Positions 56,267 to 64,000 of a DNA stretch of 64,000 nucleotides are shown one piece after another. Below the pieces are notes generated by a model. It was not told where the DNA came from and did not search any database. It worked only from the letters and a program-made list of their open reading frames with translations. Every line of letters begins with the position of its first letter. Position 1 is the stretch's first letter. The stretch is from Gemmatimonadota bacterium (lineage in GTDB: Bacteria; Gemmatimonadota; Gemmatimonadetes; Gemmatimonadales; GWC2-71-9). Made by a program: the position numbers and the translations under genes. The DNA lies in the NCBI GenBank assembly GCA_039588055.1, contig JBDHAN010000009.1:257-64256 (forward strand), given 5' to 3'.

Positions 56267-58018
56267 CTAGCGGCAGCTATAGGCCTGCCTGAGTTGCGGT
56301 ATCCGCCCTTCGAACGCCTGGAACTGCTGTAGGAACTGCTGCGCCTGCTGGGGCGCCAGGGACGCGCCGAGCTCCAACGCCCTCTTCCCGCGCGAAATCA
56401 TGCTGGCTTCCTCTTCGACCAGCTCACACGACTGCGTCTCGGTCACCTGTGGGTCGAACTCGTAAATCCGGAACATCAGGCCGAGACCCAAGAAGAAGTT
56501 GCTCTGCTGGCTCAACCGCTCCAGCACATCGTTTTCGACCGCCTTTTCGAGCCACGCCACGGCGACCGGAATCTGCTGGCGCGTCTGCACCAAGGCTGAC
56601 CCCTTCTGGTAGTACATGACGGCAGCGTTCATCAACACTGACGGCTCACGGCTCGCGGTGGTCGCCCGCTCGAGGAACTCACCACCTTTGAACAACCGCG
56701 CCGTGTCGAGCGGTGTCGCCGTGTCGATCGGCAGGTCCTCGAGCAGGATGTTCGCCGCCGCAAGGGCGCTCCGATAATCCGTGGGGTCGAGCTCGATCAG
56801 GTGATCGTAGACGGTGACCACCGAATCGAGCATGCCAGCTGCTGCGAGGGCGCTCGCGTGGGCGCGCCACAACGAGACGGCGTCGGGGGCGTGCCGCACC
56901 GCCTCTCCCGACCACTCCAGCATGGCTGCCGTGTCCGACAGCGCCTGTGACGCCCCGACGATCTGCTGATAGAACACCGAGTCGCCGACCAGCGTCGTGT
57001 CGATCTCGTACTGGCTCGCCAATGATTCGAGCGCGCAAGCCCACAAACCGCCCTCGATGCAGGCCCGGGCTTTGAGCTGCAGCATCCCGAGGTCGGTCGG
57101 GTTCTCCGCGAACCACGCGTCGGCCAAATCACGCGCTAGTTCGTGTTCCCTCAGAGTAATCGCACCCGCCACCACGCCCATGCGGAGTTCGCGGTTCGCG
57201 CCGTCGACACGACTCTGCCGCGCGAACGCGGTCAGCGCTGCGACCGAATCTCCACTCTGTTGGTGCAGCCGGCCGAGGCGCTCCCACGCTTTCACCATGA
57301 GGGAATCACCTTGGACTGCGAGCTGGAGATAGGCGATCTGACTGTCCACCGGCTGACGCAACGCTTCAGTGACGATCTCAGCGCACATCGCCGCAGCGGG
57401 ATGGTTTGGATAGATCTGGAAGGCCCGACTTGCTCGCTCCATTGCCCGGCCGAAATCGCCGTTCGCTGTGCGGTCGGAGCACTCCCGTGCAAACTGCGCC
57501 GCGCGCACTTGATTCTCGAGGCTGTCGACGACGGTCTCGGCGAAGGTTCGGGGCGGATCGCCGGGGGTGCCCCGCACAGTGGTCCACCCAGACATACCCG
57601 AGCGACCGAGATCGACGATGTGGAAGTTCGCCATCGGCACCGGCCCTTGGTGCCAGACGCTCCCACTGATGTATGCGTCAGACTGGAGTGCCCGTGCGAG
57701 GCGTTCCTCATCGGCCCGGCCCAGCACTTGGTCGCACCGGTAGGCCGACTCCTCGAGCACCTGGCAAATCACATCGTTCTGCAGCACGCGCAACTTGTGA
57801 CGCATCTTGTTGCGCATCCGCTTGCGGACTTCATCCGCCAACTCGGCCACGTAGGCCGTGTCAGTGCCGTCGCCAGGGCTCGGGATCAGAAACAGCACTT
57901 TCTCATTCGAGCGCGGCACAGCAAGCTGCGCGTTCGCACTCGTGACCGCGGTCGTCACCGCCATGGCGGTACCGAGCAGGGTCAGCATGCCTCGTCTTCT
58001 CAGTCGTGTCCACCGCAC
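56267..58018 (-). CDS. Secreted TPR-like repeat protein
   Basis: GTG at 58018 is preceded by AGGAGGAG (7-nt spacer). It gives VRWTRLRRRGMLTLLGTAMAVTTAVTSANA|Q as a signal peptide, and the rest is alpha-helical with TPR-like repeats. The 714-aa track ORF extends across tRNA-Val and is not credible. Confidence 0.7.
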   Translation of the reverse strand: MRWTRLRRRGMLTLLGTAMAVTTAVTSANAQLAVPRSNEKVLFLIPSPGDGTDTAYVAELADEVRKRMRNKMRHKLRVLQNDVICQVLEESAYRCDQVLGRADEERLARALQSDAYISGSVWHQGPVPMANFHIVDLGRSGMSGWTTVRGTPGDPPRTFAETVVDSLENQVRAAQFARECSDRTANGDFGRAMERASRAFQIYPNHPAAAMCAEIVTEALRQPVDSQIAYLQLAVQGDSLMVKAWERLGRLHQQSGDSVAALTAFARQSRVDGANRELRMGVVAGAITLREHELARDLADAWFAENPTDLGMLQLKARACIEGGLWACALESLASQYEIDTTLVGDSVFYQQIVGASQALSDTAAMLEWSGEAVRHAPDAVSLWRAHASALAAAGMLDSVVTVYDHLIELDPTDYRSALAAANILLEDLPIDTATPLDTARLFKGGEFLERATTASREPSVLMNAAVMYYQKGSALVQTRQQIPVAVAWLEKAVENDVLERLSQQSNFFLGLGLMFRIYEFDPQVTETQSCELVEEEASMISRGKRALELGASLAPQQAQQFLQQFQAFEGRIPQLRQAYSCR

Positions 58019-58066
58019 GGCTAGACTCCTCCTGGTTTTCGGCAGATCCGTTGGCCAAACCACCGA

Positions 58067-58141
58067 TGGGCGAAGAGGGATTCGAACCCCCGACTTCCTG
58101 CTTGTAAGGCAGGCGCTCTGGACCAGCTGAGCTATTCGCCC
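58067..58141 (-). tRNA. tRNA-Val (anticodon TAC)
   Basis: Minus strand: GGGCGAA TA GCTC AGCTGGTCCA GAGC G CCTGC CTTACAA GCAGG AAGTC GGGGG TTCGAAT CCCTC TTCGCCC A. Cloverleaf folded by eye; CCA is not encoded. Confidence 0.9.
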
Positions 58142-58152
58142 GCCGAACCCGC

Positions 58153-58338
58153 TCACAGTGCGAGGCCTAGCGGAAACAACACGCAGTAGCCAAGCACCAG
58201 GAGCACCGGAGCCAGCGCTGTCGACCCTCCTGCCAGCAGAACATACCCGACGACCAACGAAACGACAGCGGCACCCAGCAAGGCGTAGTTCCGCGTCCGG
58301 AACCGCAGTCGCGCGGGCGATCCGACCCTCTTGTTCAT
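58153..58338 (-). CDS. Small two-TM membrane protein (DUF3098-like pattern)
   Basis: 61 aa. MNKRVGSPARLRFRTRNYALLGAAVVSLVVGYVLLAGG...LAPVLLVLGYCVLFPLGLAL. The basic segment, NY, and two TM helices resemble DUF3098 as I recall it. Confidence 0.5.
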   Translation of the reverse strand: MNKRVGSPARLRFRTRNYALLGAAVVSLVVGYVLLAGGSTALAPVLLVLGYCVLFPLGLAL

Positions 58339-58371
58339 AGACCCCCACCGTAACCTGAGGTTCCAGAGGCG

Positions 58372-59187
58372 TCAAGTTGTTGAATCCCAATACTGTTCGG
58401 GTACTACCCACCCCTCGTCGAGAGCCTGTCGACGACCCTCGTCACGGCGACGACGGCGGGCCCACAGGGCTGCCAGGAGCAGGGCGACGAAGGCCCAGAA
58501 GACGGTGAGCGACGAGGCCAAGAGGAGCCAGCCATAGCGTCGTCGCAGGTCTCGGCGCCAGAGTTCCTCGAACTGGCTCAGTGTGATCTGGTGTGTCGCG
58601 CGGAGCGCGAGATCGAAATCGGCAGTGCCTTGGAGCGTTGCGATTAGTGGCTCGAGCCCTCGCCCACCACCCAGGCGTTCGAGCAGGACGACGGCTGTCG
58701 TCGCCAGCGCGTAGGAGGCTTCGGCATCGGAGGCCGTGCCCGTTCGAATGTGCCGATTCAAGTCTCGCAGTGACGGCACCACACCCCGAAGCAGCGCCCA
58801 GTTCACCCGCAGCGCCTCGACACGGTCCCACTCACCGGCCGCCCGAGCCGCGTAGCCCTCGTCAAACCAGCGGGGCACGCGCTGGACCACGCTATGTAGC
58901 GCCAGATGCGCCAATTCGTGGCGCAGCACACGCCGGTGATCTCGCGTCAGCGTCAACACAATGGTGTTCGCCGCCGGAAAAGCTGCCGCGACGCCCCATT
59001 CCGGTATCCGGCCCGCCGTGAGCGAATCGAACTGATCCGGCCGCTCGGCAACCACCAGGCGGATCGGTCGCCGCTGGGGATTCGGGATGCCGGGCCACGG
59101 CCCCGCTCGATCGGCCATTTCCGCCAGAGCAATCGCCACGGATTCCGATCCGGGCCAGAACACCGCCGTGACACGTCCGACGTGCAC
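58372..59187 (-). CDS. Putative gluzincin (peptidase MA-like HExxH...WFxEG) with a C-terminal TM anchor
   Basis: 271 aa. VLRHELAHLALHSVVQRVPRWFDEGYA, then TM WLLLASSLTVFWAFVALLLAALW followed by RRRRR. Confidence 0.55.
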   Translation of the reverse strand: MHVGRVTAVFWPGSESVAIALAEMADRAGPWPGIPNPQRRPIRLVVAERPDQFDSLTAGRIPEWGVAAAFPAANTIVLTLTRDHRRVLRHELAHLALHSVVQRVPRWFDEGYAARAAGEWDRVEALRVNWALLRGVVPSLRDLNRHIRTGTASDAEASYALATTAVVLLERLGGGRGLEPLIATLQGTADFDLALRATHQITLSQFEELWRRDLRRRYGWLLLASSLTVFWAFVALLLAALWARRRRRDEGRRQALDEGWVVPEQYWDSTT

Positions 59188-59231
59188 GACGTTCGGTGAA
59201 TTGGCCTGTAGGAAGAAGAGGACGAAACCGA

Positions 59232-60092
59232 CTAGCGTGGGGGCTCCTGACCCTGGGCCACGAGGTCCAACGTCTCGTGGCAGCGCTTGCCCCAGGGGTT
59301 GAACTTGTTGGCCTCATATCCTGCGGTCCATGTCCGCTGCGCGCCTTCGCGATCACCGGCGTACCAGAGTGAGCGACCCAACTCGTAGTAGGCCTCGATC
59401 AGATTAGGCCCCAGCTTGAGCGTCTTCTCGAAAAATGTCTGCGCGTCTTCGTACATCTCACGCTCGAGATAGACCAGACCCAGATAATAATGGGCGTAGA
59501 GTGTGGCTTTCTTGTCATTGTCCAGCCGGATAGCCTTCGACAGATGTTCGATTGCCTCGCCGAACATCTGCTTCTTCAGGCAGACGTACCCAACATTGAT
59601 GCGTGCCAGCGAATTGGTCGGCTCTTTGTTGAGCACTTCGTGGAACGTGGCGAGTGCCGCATCGTACTCCTCATGCAGCATCTGCGCCCATCCGAGCAAC
59701 GACTCTGCCCGGAGATTGCCGGGCGAGAGGGAGAGCGCTTTGGTGAGCGCCTGAATGGCTCCCCCGTAGTCGCCCAACGAGATGAGGCTCCATCCCTTCT
59801 CGATGAAGGTCGATGCACCGATGTGGTCTGCGTGCAAGCCCGGCGCACTGCTCGTGAATTGCGGTGCCTGTCCCCGTCCCTCGTCCTGAGCCACTTCCTT
59901 GTATCGATCCACGAGCACGCGGATGTCCTCCTTGAGCGTGCTCAAGTCCGCGATCGCTTGATCGACCGCCTTGAACAGGGCAATGATGTCCTGCTTGAGT
60001 CGGTCACGCTGCTCACCGCTCTCCGCTTCGTCGAGCCGCTTGGCGATATGGTCGTACGATGCGCGCAGCGAGGCCATTGTCGTTTCGCTCAT
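59232..60092 (-). CDS. Coiled-coil plus TPR repeat protein
   Basis: 286 aa. N-terminal heptad-rich helix (RLDEAESGEQRDRLKQDIIALFKAVDQAIADLSTLKEDIRVLV), then about 5 TPR units (AIQALTKALSLSPGN, ALATFHEVLNKEPTN, AIEHLSKAIRLDNDK, AQTFFEKTLKLGPN). Confidence 0.7.
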   Translation of the reverse strand: MSETTMASLRASYDHIAKRLDEAESGEQRDRLKQDIIALFKAVDQAIADLSTLKEDIRVLVDRYKEVAQDEGRGQAPQFTSSAPGLHADHIGASTFIEKGWSLISLGDYGGAIQALTKALSLSPGNLRAESLLGWAQMLHEEYDAALATFHEVLNKEPTNSLARINVGYVCLKKQMFGEAIEHLSKAIRLDNDKKATLYAHYYLGLVYLEREMYEDAQTFFEKTLKLGPNLIEAYYELGRSLWYAGDREGAQRTWTAGYEANKFNPWGKRCHETLDLVAQGQEPPR

Positions 60093-60129
60093 GGTCGCAT
60101 CCCCGACCGGTCGCCAACGTACTCTCGTG

Positions 60130-61752
60130 TCATGGCAACGCCGTTACGGTTTCGAGATTCGTCCGCGCGAGCTCGTGACTCGGGTTGAGCTCGAGCGCAC
60201 GATTCCAGTACTCGCGTGCCAGCCCGCGTTCCTGTCGCTTGTAGGCGATGTTGCCCAACTTGAAATACACATCGTCGCCAAGCGACGGCTGTTGACGTAC
60301 GGCTCGCTGGTACGATTCCCATGCGTCATCGTAGCTCGCGGAGCGATAGAGCAGATCCCCCAAATTCTTCGACAGCTGCGGCACTCCGAGCTCGTCGAGC
60401 AGCGCCTCGCGCAACACGTCAGCGGCCCGGTCTATTTCCCCACGGGCTTCCAACACGACGGCGAGGTTGTTGGTGAGCGACACTTGGCCCGGATGGGTTT
60501 CGAGTCCCTCCCGCAGCAGTCGTTCGGCGTCGTCCAAGCGATTGAGGGCCGCCGCCGACAACGACCGCGCCCAATACCACAGGGCGGGCAAGGTCGCGCG
60601 CCCGGCGACATCACGTGCCTCGTCGAGCCGACCCGCCGCCACCTCGAAGTCGCCTCGGTGCAACGCCCCGATGCCCCAGCCCGTGAGGATCCGCGGGTCG
60701 CGAGGCGCCAGAGCCGCAGCTTCCGCGTAGGCCCCGTCGGCCTCCTCATACCTGCCGGCCTTTTCGTAGGCGAGCGCGAGGTTCGCGAGGACGTTCGCCC
60801 GGGCGCCGGCGTGATCGACGGCCTGGCTCAGGTAGGCGGCCGCCGCCTCCCAGTGTGCCTGCTTGAGCGCGATCAGGCCGAGATAGAAATACGCCGTCCC
60901 GTCGGCCGGCCGCAGGTCCACGACGCGGCGAAACTCGCGGGTCGCCTCATCCAGCATTTCGGTCTTGTAGAAGGCGACACCGAGGTTGCGATGCTCGTCG
61001 GCGCGCGCCTCACCGACGGCCGACGTGCGGGGTGCCTGACTTTTACCGACGCGGTGCGCGAACCCGGCTGTTACGAGACCGTAGATGGCTTTGCCCACCT
61101 CGAATTCAATGAGACCCGACTCCTCGACGAGTTGAGCAACGTCGTGTTGCCCATCGATCAAGGGAACGATTCGCTCCTGTTCCCGCGTGAGTGACACCTG
61201 CGAGGCTTCGAGACGCTCCCGGTCTACCTCGAAGATGATCTGGAGTGACGGAATCTTCTTCTCGATGAGGCTCCACTCGTCGACACGGCGGGCGCCTTCG
61301 AGCAAGAGCGATTCCGGATTGATGCTGACGACAAAGTCCTGTTCGGCCGGGAGAATATCGCTCTCGAACGTGAAGTGCCCGCGCGTCCAAGTGAACAGGA
61401 AATACACGGCTTCCTCGATCTGCACCCGCATGTAATGCTCAAGGTCCCCCTGCGAGATGGCGCCCTGCGTCACCAGAATCTCACCGAGTCGCCTCTCGCG
61501 CTGCCTCGCTTGTTCGTCGATCCCGGCCTCGAGTTGCGTATTGGATATCCGTCCGTTCTTGAGCAGGATGTCGCCGAGGCGGTCCCGTCGATTGACGACC
61601 GAGGCATAGACGATGCTGCCACGATCGAAATAGATGTACCCGAGGTTCGTCCGATCGGTCACGGTGAGGCAGCCCGACTTCTGACCCAGTGCCAGGAGCT
61701 GCAGCACGTCCGCCAGCGAGGCTTCTTTCAGGCTTCCCTTAATCGCCATCAC
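60130..61752 (-). CDS. DUF4388 (PATAN-type) domain protein fused to a long TPR array
   Basis: 540 aa. IKGSLKEASLADVLQLLALGQKSGCLTVTDRTNLGYIYFDRGSIVYAS matches the DUF4388 N-terminal pattern, and the C-terminal ~300 aa are TPR repeats. The start (GTG 61752 or ATG 61749) overlaps the upstream stop. Confidence 0.7.
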   Translation of the reverse strand: MMAIKGSLKEASLADVLQLLALGQKSGCLTVTDRTNLGYIYFDRGSIVYASVVNRRDRLGDILLKNGRISNTQLEAGIDEQARQRERRLGEILVTQGAISQGDLEHYMRVQIEEAVYFLFTWTRGHFTFESDILPAEQDFVVSINPESLLLEGARRVDEWSLIEKKIPSLQIIFEVDRERLEASQVSLTREQERIVPLIDGQHDVAQLVEESGLIEFEVGKAIYGLVTAGFAHRVGKSQAPRTSAVGEARADEHRNLGVAFYKTEMLDEATREFRRVVDLRPADGTAYFYLGLIALKQAHWEAAAAYLSQAVDHAGARANVLANLALAYEKAGRYEEADGAYAEAAALAPRDPRILTGWGIGALHRGDFEVAAGRLDEARDVAGRATLPALWYWARSLSAAALNRLDDAERLLREGLETHPGQVSLTNNLAVVLEARGEIDRAADVLREALLDELGVPQLSKNLGDLLYRSASYDDAWESYQRAVRQQPSLGDDVYFKLGNIAYKRQERGLAREYWNRALELNPSHELARTNLETVTALP

Positions 61753-63704
61753 ACCAACTCCTCGATCATCCGGTCAACCGGGTCAGGCCAATCCCACACG
61801 ACCTTCTCCCGGCTCGTGACGCTCGCGAGCGGCGATGTCAGCACGCCGCTCGTCCGAACGGCGCGCGACGCTGTGTGCATCGCGCCGAGCGCCCCGTCCA
61901 TGAGCGCGCTCACGAACGCCATATCGGGTTCACGATCCTCCGCCTGGGCAGCACGCACGACGCGCTGCACGAGACTCTGCACGGCGCGGATGGAATCGGC
62001 GGGCCGGTCAGCCAGGTAGTCCACGACGCTATCGTATACTTCGTGATACTTGGCCTCGAGTCGCTGCCGGACCAAGGACCGGCGCAACTCGCGATCCGGC
62101 GGACCCAACGCCGCAACGAGTCCGCCTTCGAGGCGCGTGACGAGGCGGTTGTCCAGCCCCTCAACGTCCCGAGGTGGCTGCGACAGCGTGAAGATCAACT
62201 GTAACTGCTTCTGATGCAGCGTGTTGTAGAGATGAAAGATCTCTTCCTGCGACCGTTCCTTGCCAGCGAGCCCGTGAAAATCGTCCAGCAGCAGTGCCGT
62301 CGCACTGCGATACCGTTTCCGCCACGCTTCGACACGATCGCCGTCGATGGCATCGAGCAACTCGTCGACGAACTGCTGTGCGGACAGACACGCCACACGT
62401 GATCCAGCGGTGCCGGCTAGTTGATTGCCGATGGCATGCAAGAGGTGCGTCTTACCCACCCCCAACGGCCCAACCAGGACGAGTGGGTTGTAGGCGGTCC
62501 CCGGCGACGCAATCACCGCATTGGCCGCGCCGAGTGCCACCTTGTTGCACTCGCCACCGACCAGCGACTCCAGAGTCCATGCCTCCGACGGCCCCGGGGG
62601 CGGTCGGCCTTCCTTCAGCGCCAGCTGAACGAGTTCGTCGGCTTCCCGGAGGCGCTCGGGATCGTAGAAGACGGGGTCGCTCACCCGATTCGGATCGACC
62701 CGAACCATGGCGCGTTGGAACGACCGCAGCCGGTCGATGTCCCGCTCGTAGTCGCGAATGGTTCGCTCGACACCGGACGGCACGTCCTGCGTGAGCAAAC
62801 GCTCCAGGCGGCCCGTGCGATATCCCTCTCCGCCCCACCGCGTAATGGCGTCGGCGACTCGCGCCCGCCACGCCTCCACCTGTTCCTGAACGGAGTGACT
62901 CACACCGCTCAGGAAGTCACCGAATTCGTCGCCGGGCCGCGGTGTCGGGCGCATGGCTCCCGAGATCGCCACCGGGCGGGTCGGCACCTCACCGGCCAAC
63001 AGCTGGTGTGCCGCCTCTGCCGTGAGCGGCGTTTCACTCAGCGCCTGGTAGGCGACCAGGCGATTCAGGAGGCCGAGAAGCTCGCGGACGTTTTGGACGT
63101 CGAAGTCCGCCACGGCCTCGAGCACCGCCGGCTCCAACTCGACCCCGCGCTCGTCGGCCCGGCGCTTGAGAATGGTGATCCGAGTCTCGCAGTCCGGGAT
63201 GTCCATATCGACAACCAGCCCACCGTCGAAGCGCGACAGCAGGCGATCGTCCAGCTCCTGGATCTCAGTCGGCGGACAGTCGCTCGTCAGCACGACCTGT
63301 TGGTTCGCCGCCTGCAGCTGCTCGACGATCGTCAAGACCTCGGATTGCATCTCTCGTCGATGCGTGAGAAACTGCACATCGTCGATGAGTAACACATCCA
63401 CGCGCGCGAACCGCGCGCGAAGGGCCTCGATCTGCCCGGCACCCACGGCAGCGTTATGCTGCTCCACGAACTCATCCAGTGTGACGTATTCGACATCCAC
63501 ATCCGGTTGGAGATGGGCGGCGAGCTGGCCGATGGCCATGAGCAGATGCGTCTTGCCGAGGCCACTTTCCGCGTAGATGAACAACGGATTGTAGGCCGTA
63601 CCCGGGGACTCACTCACCGTGCGAGCCGCGGTCACGGCGAGCCGATTGGCCGCCCCGACGATGAACGAGTCGAACGTGAAACGGGGGTTGAGCTCCTCGG
63701 TCAC
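61749..63704 (-). CDS. Tandem DnaA-type AAA+ ATPase (two DnaA domain-III modules; no domain I, II or IV)
   Basis: 651 aa. Module 1: LNPRFTFDSFIVGAANRLA...NPLFIYAESGLGKTHLL, VLLIDDVQFL, VVLTSD, DRLLSRFDGGLVV, NVRELLGLLNRL. Module 2: NPLVLVGPLGVGKTHLLHAIG, ALLLDDFHGL, LIFTLSQ, NRLVTRLEGGLVAAL, SIRAVQSLVQRV. The GTG start overlaps the mglA stop (GTGA). Confidence 0.85.
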   Translation of the reverse strand: MTEELNPRFTFDSFIVGAANRLAVTAARTVSESPGTAYNPLFIYAESGLGKTHLLMAIGQLAAHLQPDVDVEYVTLDEFVEQHNAAVGAGQIEALRARFARVDVLLIDDVQFLTHRREMQSEVLTIVEQLQAANQQVVLTSDCPPTEIQELDDRLLSRFDGGLVVDMDIPDCETRITILKRRADERGVELEPAVLEAVADFDVQNVRELLGLLNRLVAYQALSETPLTAEAAHQLLAGEVPTRPVAISGAMRPTPRPGDEFGDFLSGVSHSVQEQVEAWRARVADAITRWGGEGYRTGRLERLLTQDVPSGVERTIRDYERDIDRLRSFQRAMVRVDPNRVSDPVFYDPERLREADELVQLALKEGRPPPGPSEAWTLESLVGGECNKVALGAANAVIASPGTAYNPLVLVGPLGVGKTHLLHAIGNQLAGTAGSRVACLSAQQFVDELLDAIDGDRVEAWRKRYRSATALLLDDFHGLAGKERSQEEIFHLYNTLHQKQLQLIFTLSQPPRDVEGLDNRLVTRLEGGLVAALGPPDRELRRSLVRQRLEAKYHEVYDSVVDYLADRPADSIRAVQSLVQRVVRAAQAEDREPDMAFVSALMDGALGAMHTASRAVRTSGVLTSPLASVTSREKVVWDWPDPVDRMIEELV

Positions 63705-64000
63705 CGCGGAGCCTCCTCGCTCAGTTTCCGCAGTACGAGCTCCGACACCGCCTTCAGCGTCTCGAACACGCCGACACCCCGGAGCGCATCCGAGGCAAAA
63801 CTCGGCACACCCCAGAAATTGAGTGCGTCGTCGAGCTCGCTCGGAGTGAGGATGAGGTCACCCGGAAGGTCCTGCTTGTTGTACTGAAACACCAATGGCA
63901 GCGAGCGTGCGTCTTCTTCGAGCTCGATTAGGTTGGCCTGCAGGTTCTGGAGGCTCGCAATGTTCTCGTCGAGTTGCCGAGCCTGACTGTCGGCGACGAA
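63701..64000 (-). CDS. mglA: MglA-type Ras-like small GTPase, C-terminal 99 aa; N-terminus lies beyond the window
   Basis: The frame is open to the window edge: FVADSQARQLDENIASLQNLQANLIELEEDARSLPLVFQYNKQDLPGDLILTPSELDDALNFWGVPSFASDALRGVGVFETLKAVSELVL. It is closely parallel to MglA (FVADSQ, QYNKxDLP, GVGVFxTLKA). Confidence 0.85.
   Translation of the reverse strand, partial: FVADSQARQLDENIASLQNLQANLIELEEDARSLPLVFQYNKQDLPGDLILTPSELDDALNFWGVPSFASDALRGVGVFETLKAVSELVLRKLSEEAPR

Noticed and set aside
56140-58141. Genomic island or integrative element at tRNA-Asp or tRNA-Val
   Set aside because: No integrase, recombinase or transposase ORF, no visible duplicate of a tRNA 3' end, and no obvious compositional shift. 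It is kept only as a low-interest item to check.
58019-58411. Upstream extension of the TPR ORF (714 aa), and the extension of the rsmH ORF to 56189
   Set aside because: Both extensions read through tRNA genes (tRNA-Val, tRNA-Asp) on the same strand. Internal starts with an RBS and signal peptide (58018) or the conserved RsmH N-terminus (56057) fit better.

Overview
High-G+C bacterial chromosomal window, probably from an outer-membrane-bearing lineage; Gemmatimonadota-like is only a guess. It is almost entirely transcribed from the minus strand, and many neighbouring genes overlap by 1-4 nt (ATGA/GTGA/TGATG junctions). By coordinate the content is: ahcY (partial)-metK-ptsI-ptsH-mannose-family PTS IID/IIC/IIB/IIA-hprK-hpf-GT1 glycosyltransferase-nusB-ribH-ribBA-ribE-ribD-purM; a PfkB kinase and argS; an FmdB zinc-ribbon gene; an acyl-CoA mutase catalytic subunit; fbp fused in frame to comEC; miaB-mtaB-OM beta-barrel-lipoprotein-cdd-deoB-alr. 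Next comes a mixed-strand stretch: mazG (+), then asnS (-), then on the plus strand a PQQ-type propeller, a small secreted protein and pterin dehydratase. Then arsM-arsR with a clear promoter/operator and a G-rich 9-bp tandem repeat; then recG-ftsY-vWA membrane protein-M23 peptidase, followed by a full dcw cluster (ftsZ-ftsA-ftsQ-murC-murG-ftsW-murD-mraY-murF-murE-ftsI-ftsL-rsmH). The right end holds tRNA-Asp, a secreted TPR protein, tRNA-Val and a co-directional gene string that I rank as the best candidate for something undescribed. That string is an MglA-type small GTPase (partial), translationally coupled to a 651-aa protein made of two tandem DnaA-type AAA+ modules with no DNA-binding domain. 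It is followed by a DUF4388/PATAN-TPR protein, a coiled-coil TPR protein, an HExxH membrane-anchored protein and a DUF3098-like mini membrane protein. Other points worth a second look: the 1049-aa comEC-fbp in-frame ORF, whose FBPase part lacks its N-terminus; the GACGGGARN x11 repeat; the apparently leaderless arsR promoter; and a dcw cluster without mraZ/murB/ddl but with a PASTA-bearing FtsI. I saw no CRISPR array, transposase, integrase or rRNA. All calls come from reading the ORF translations and the DNA by eye; no database search was run.
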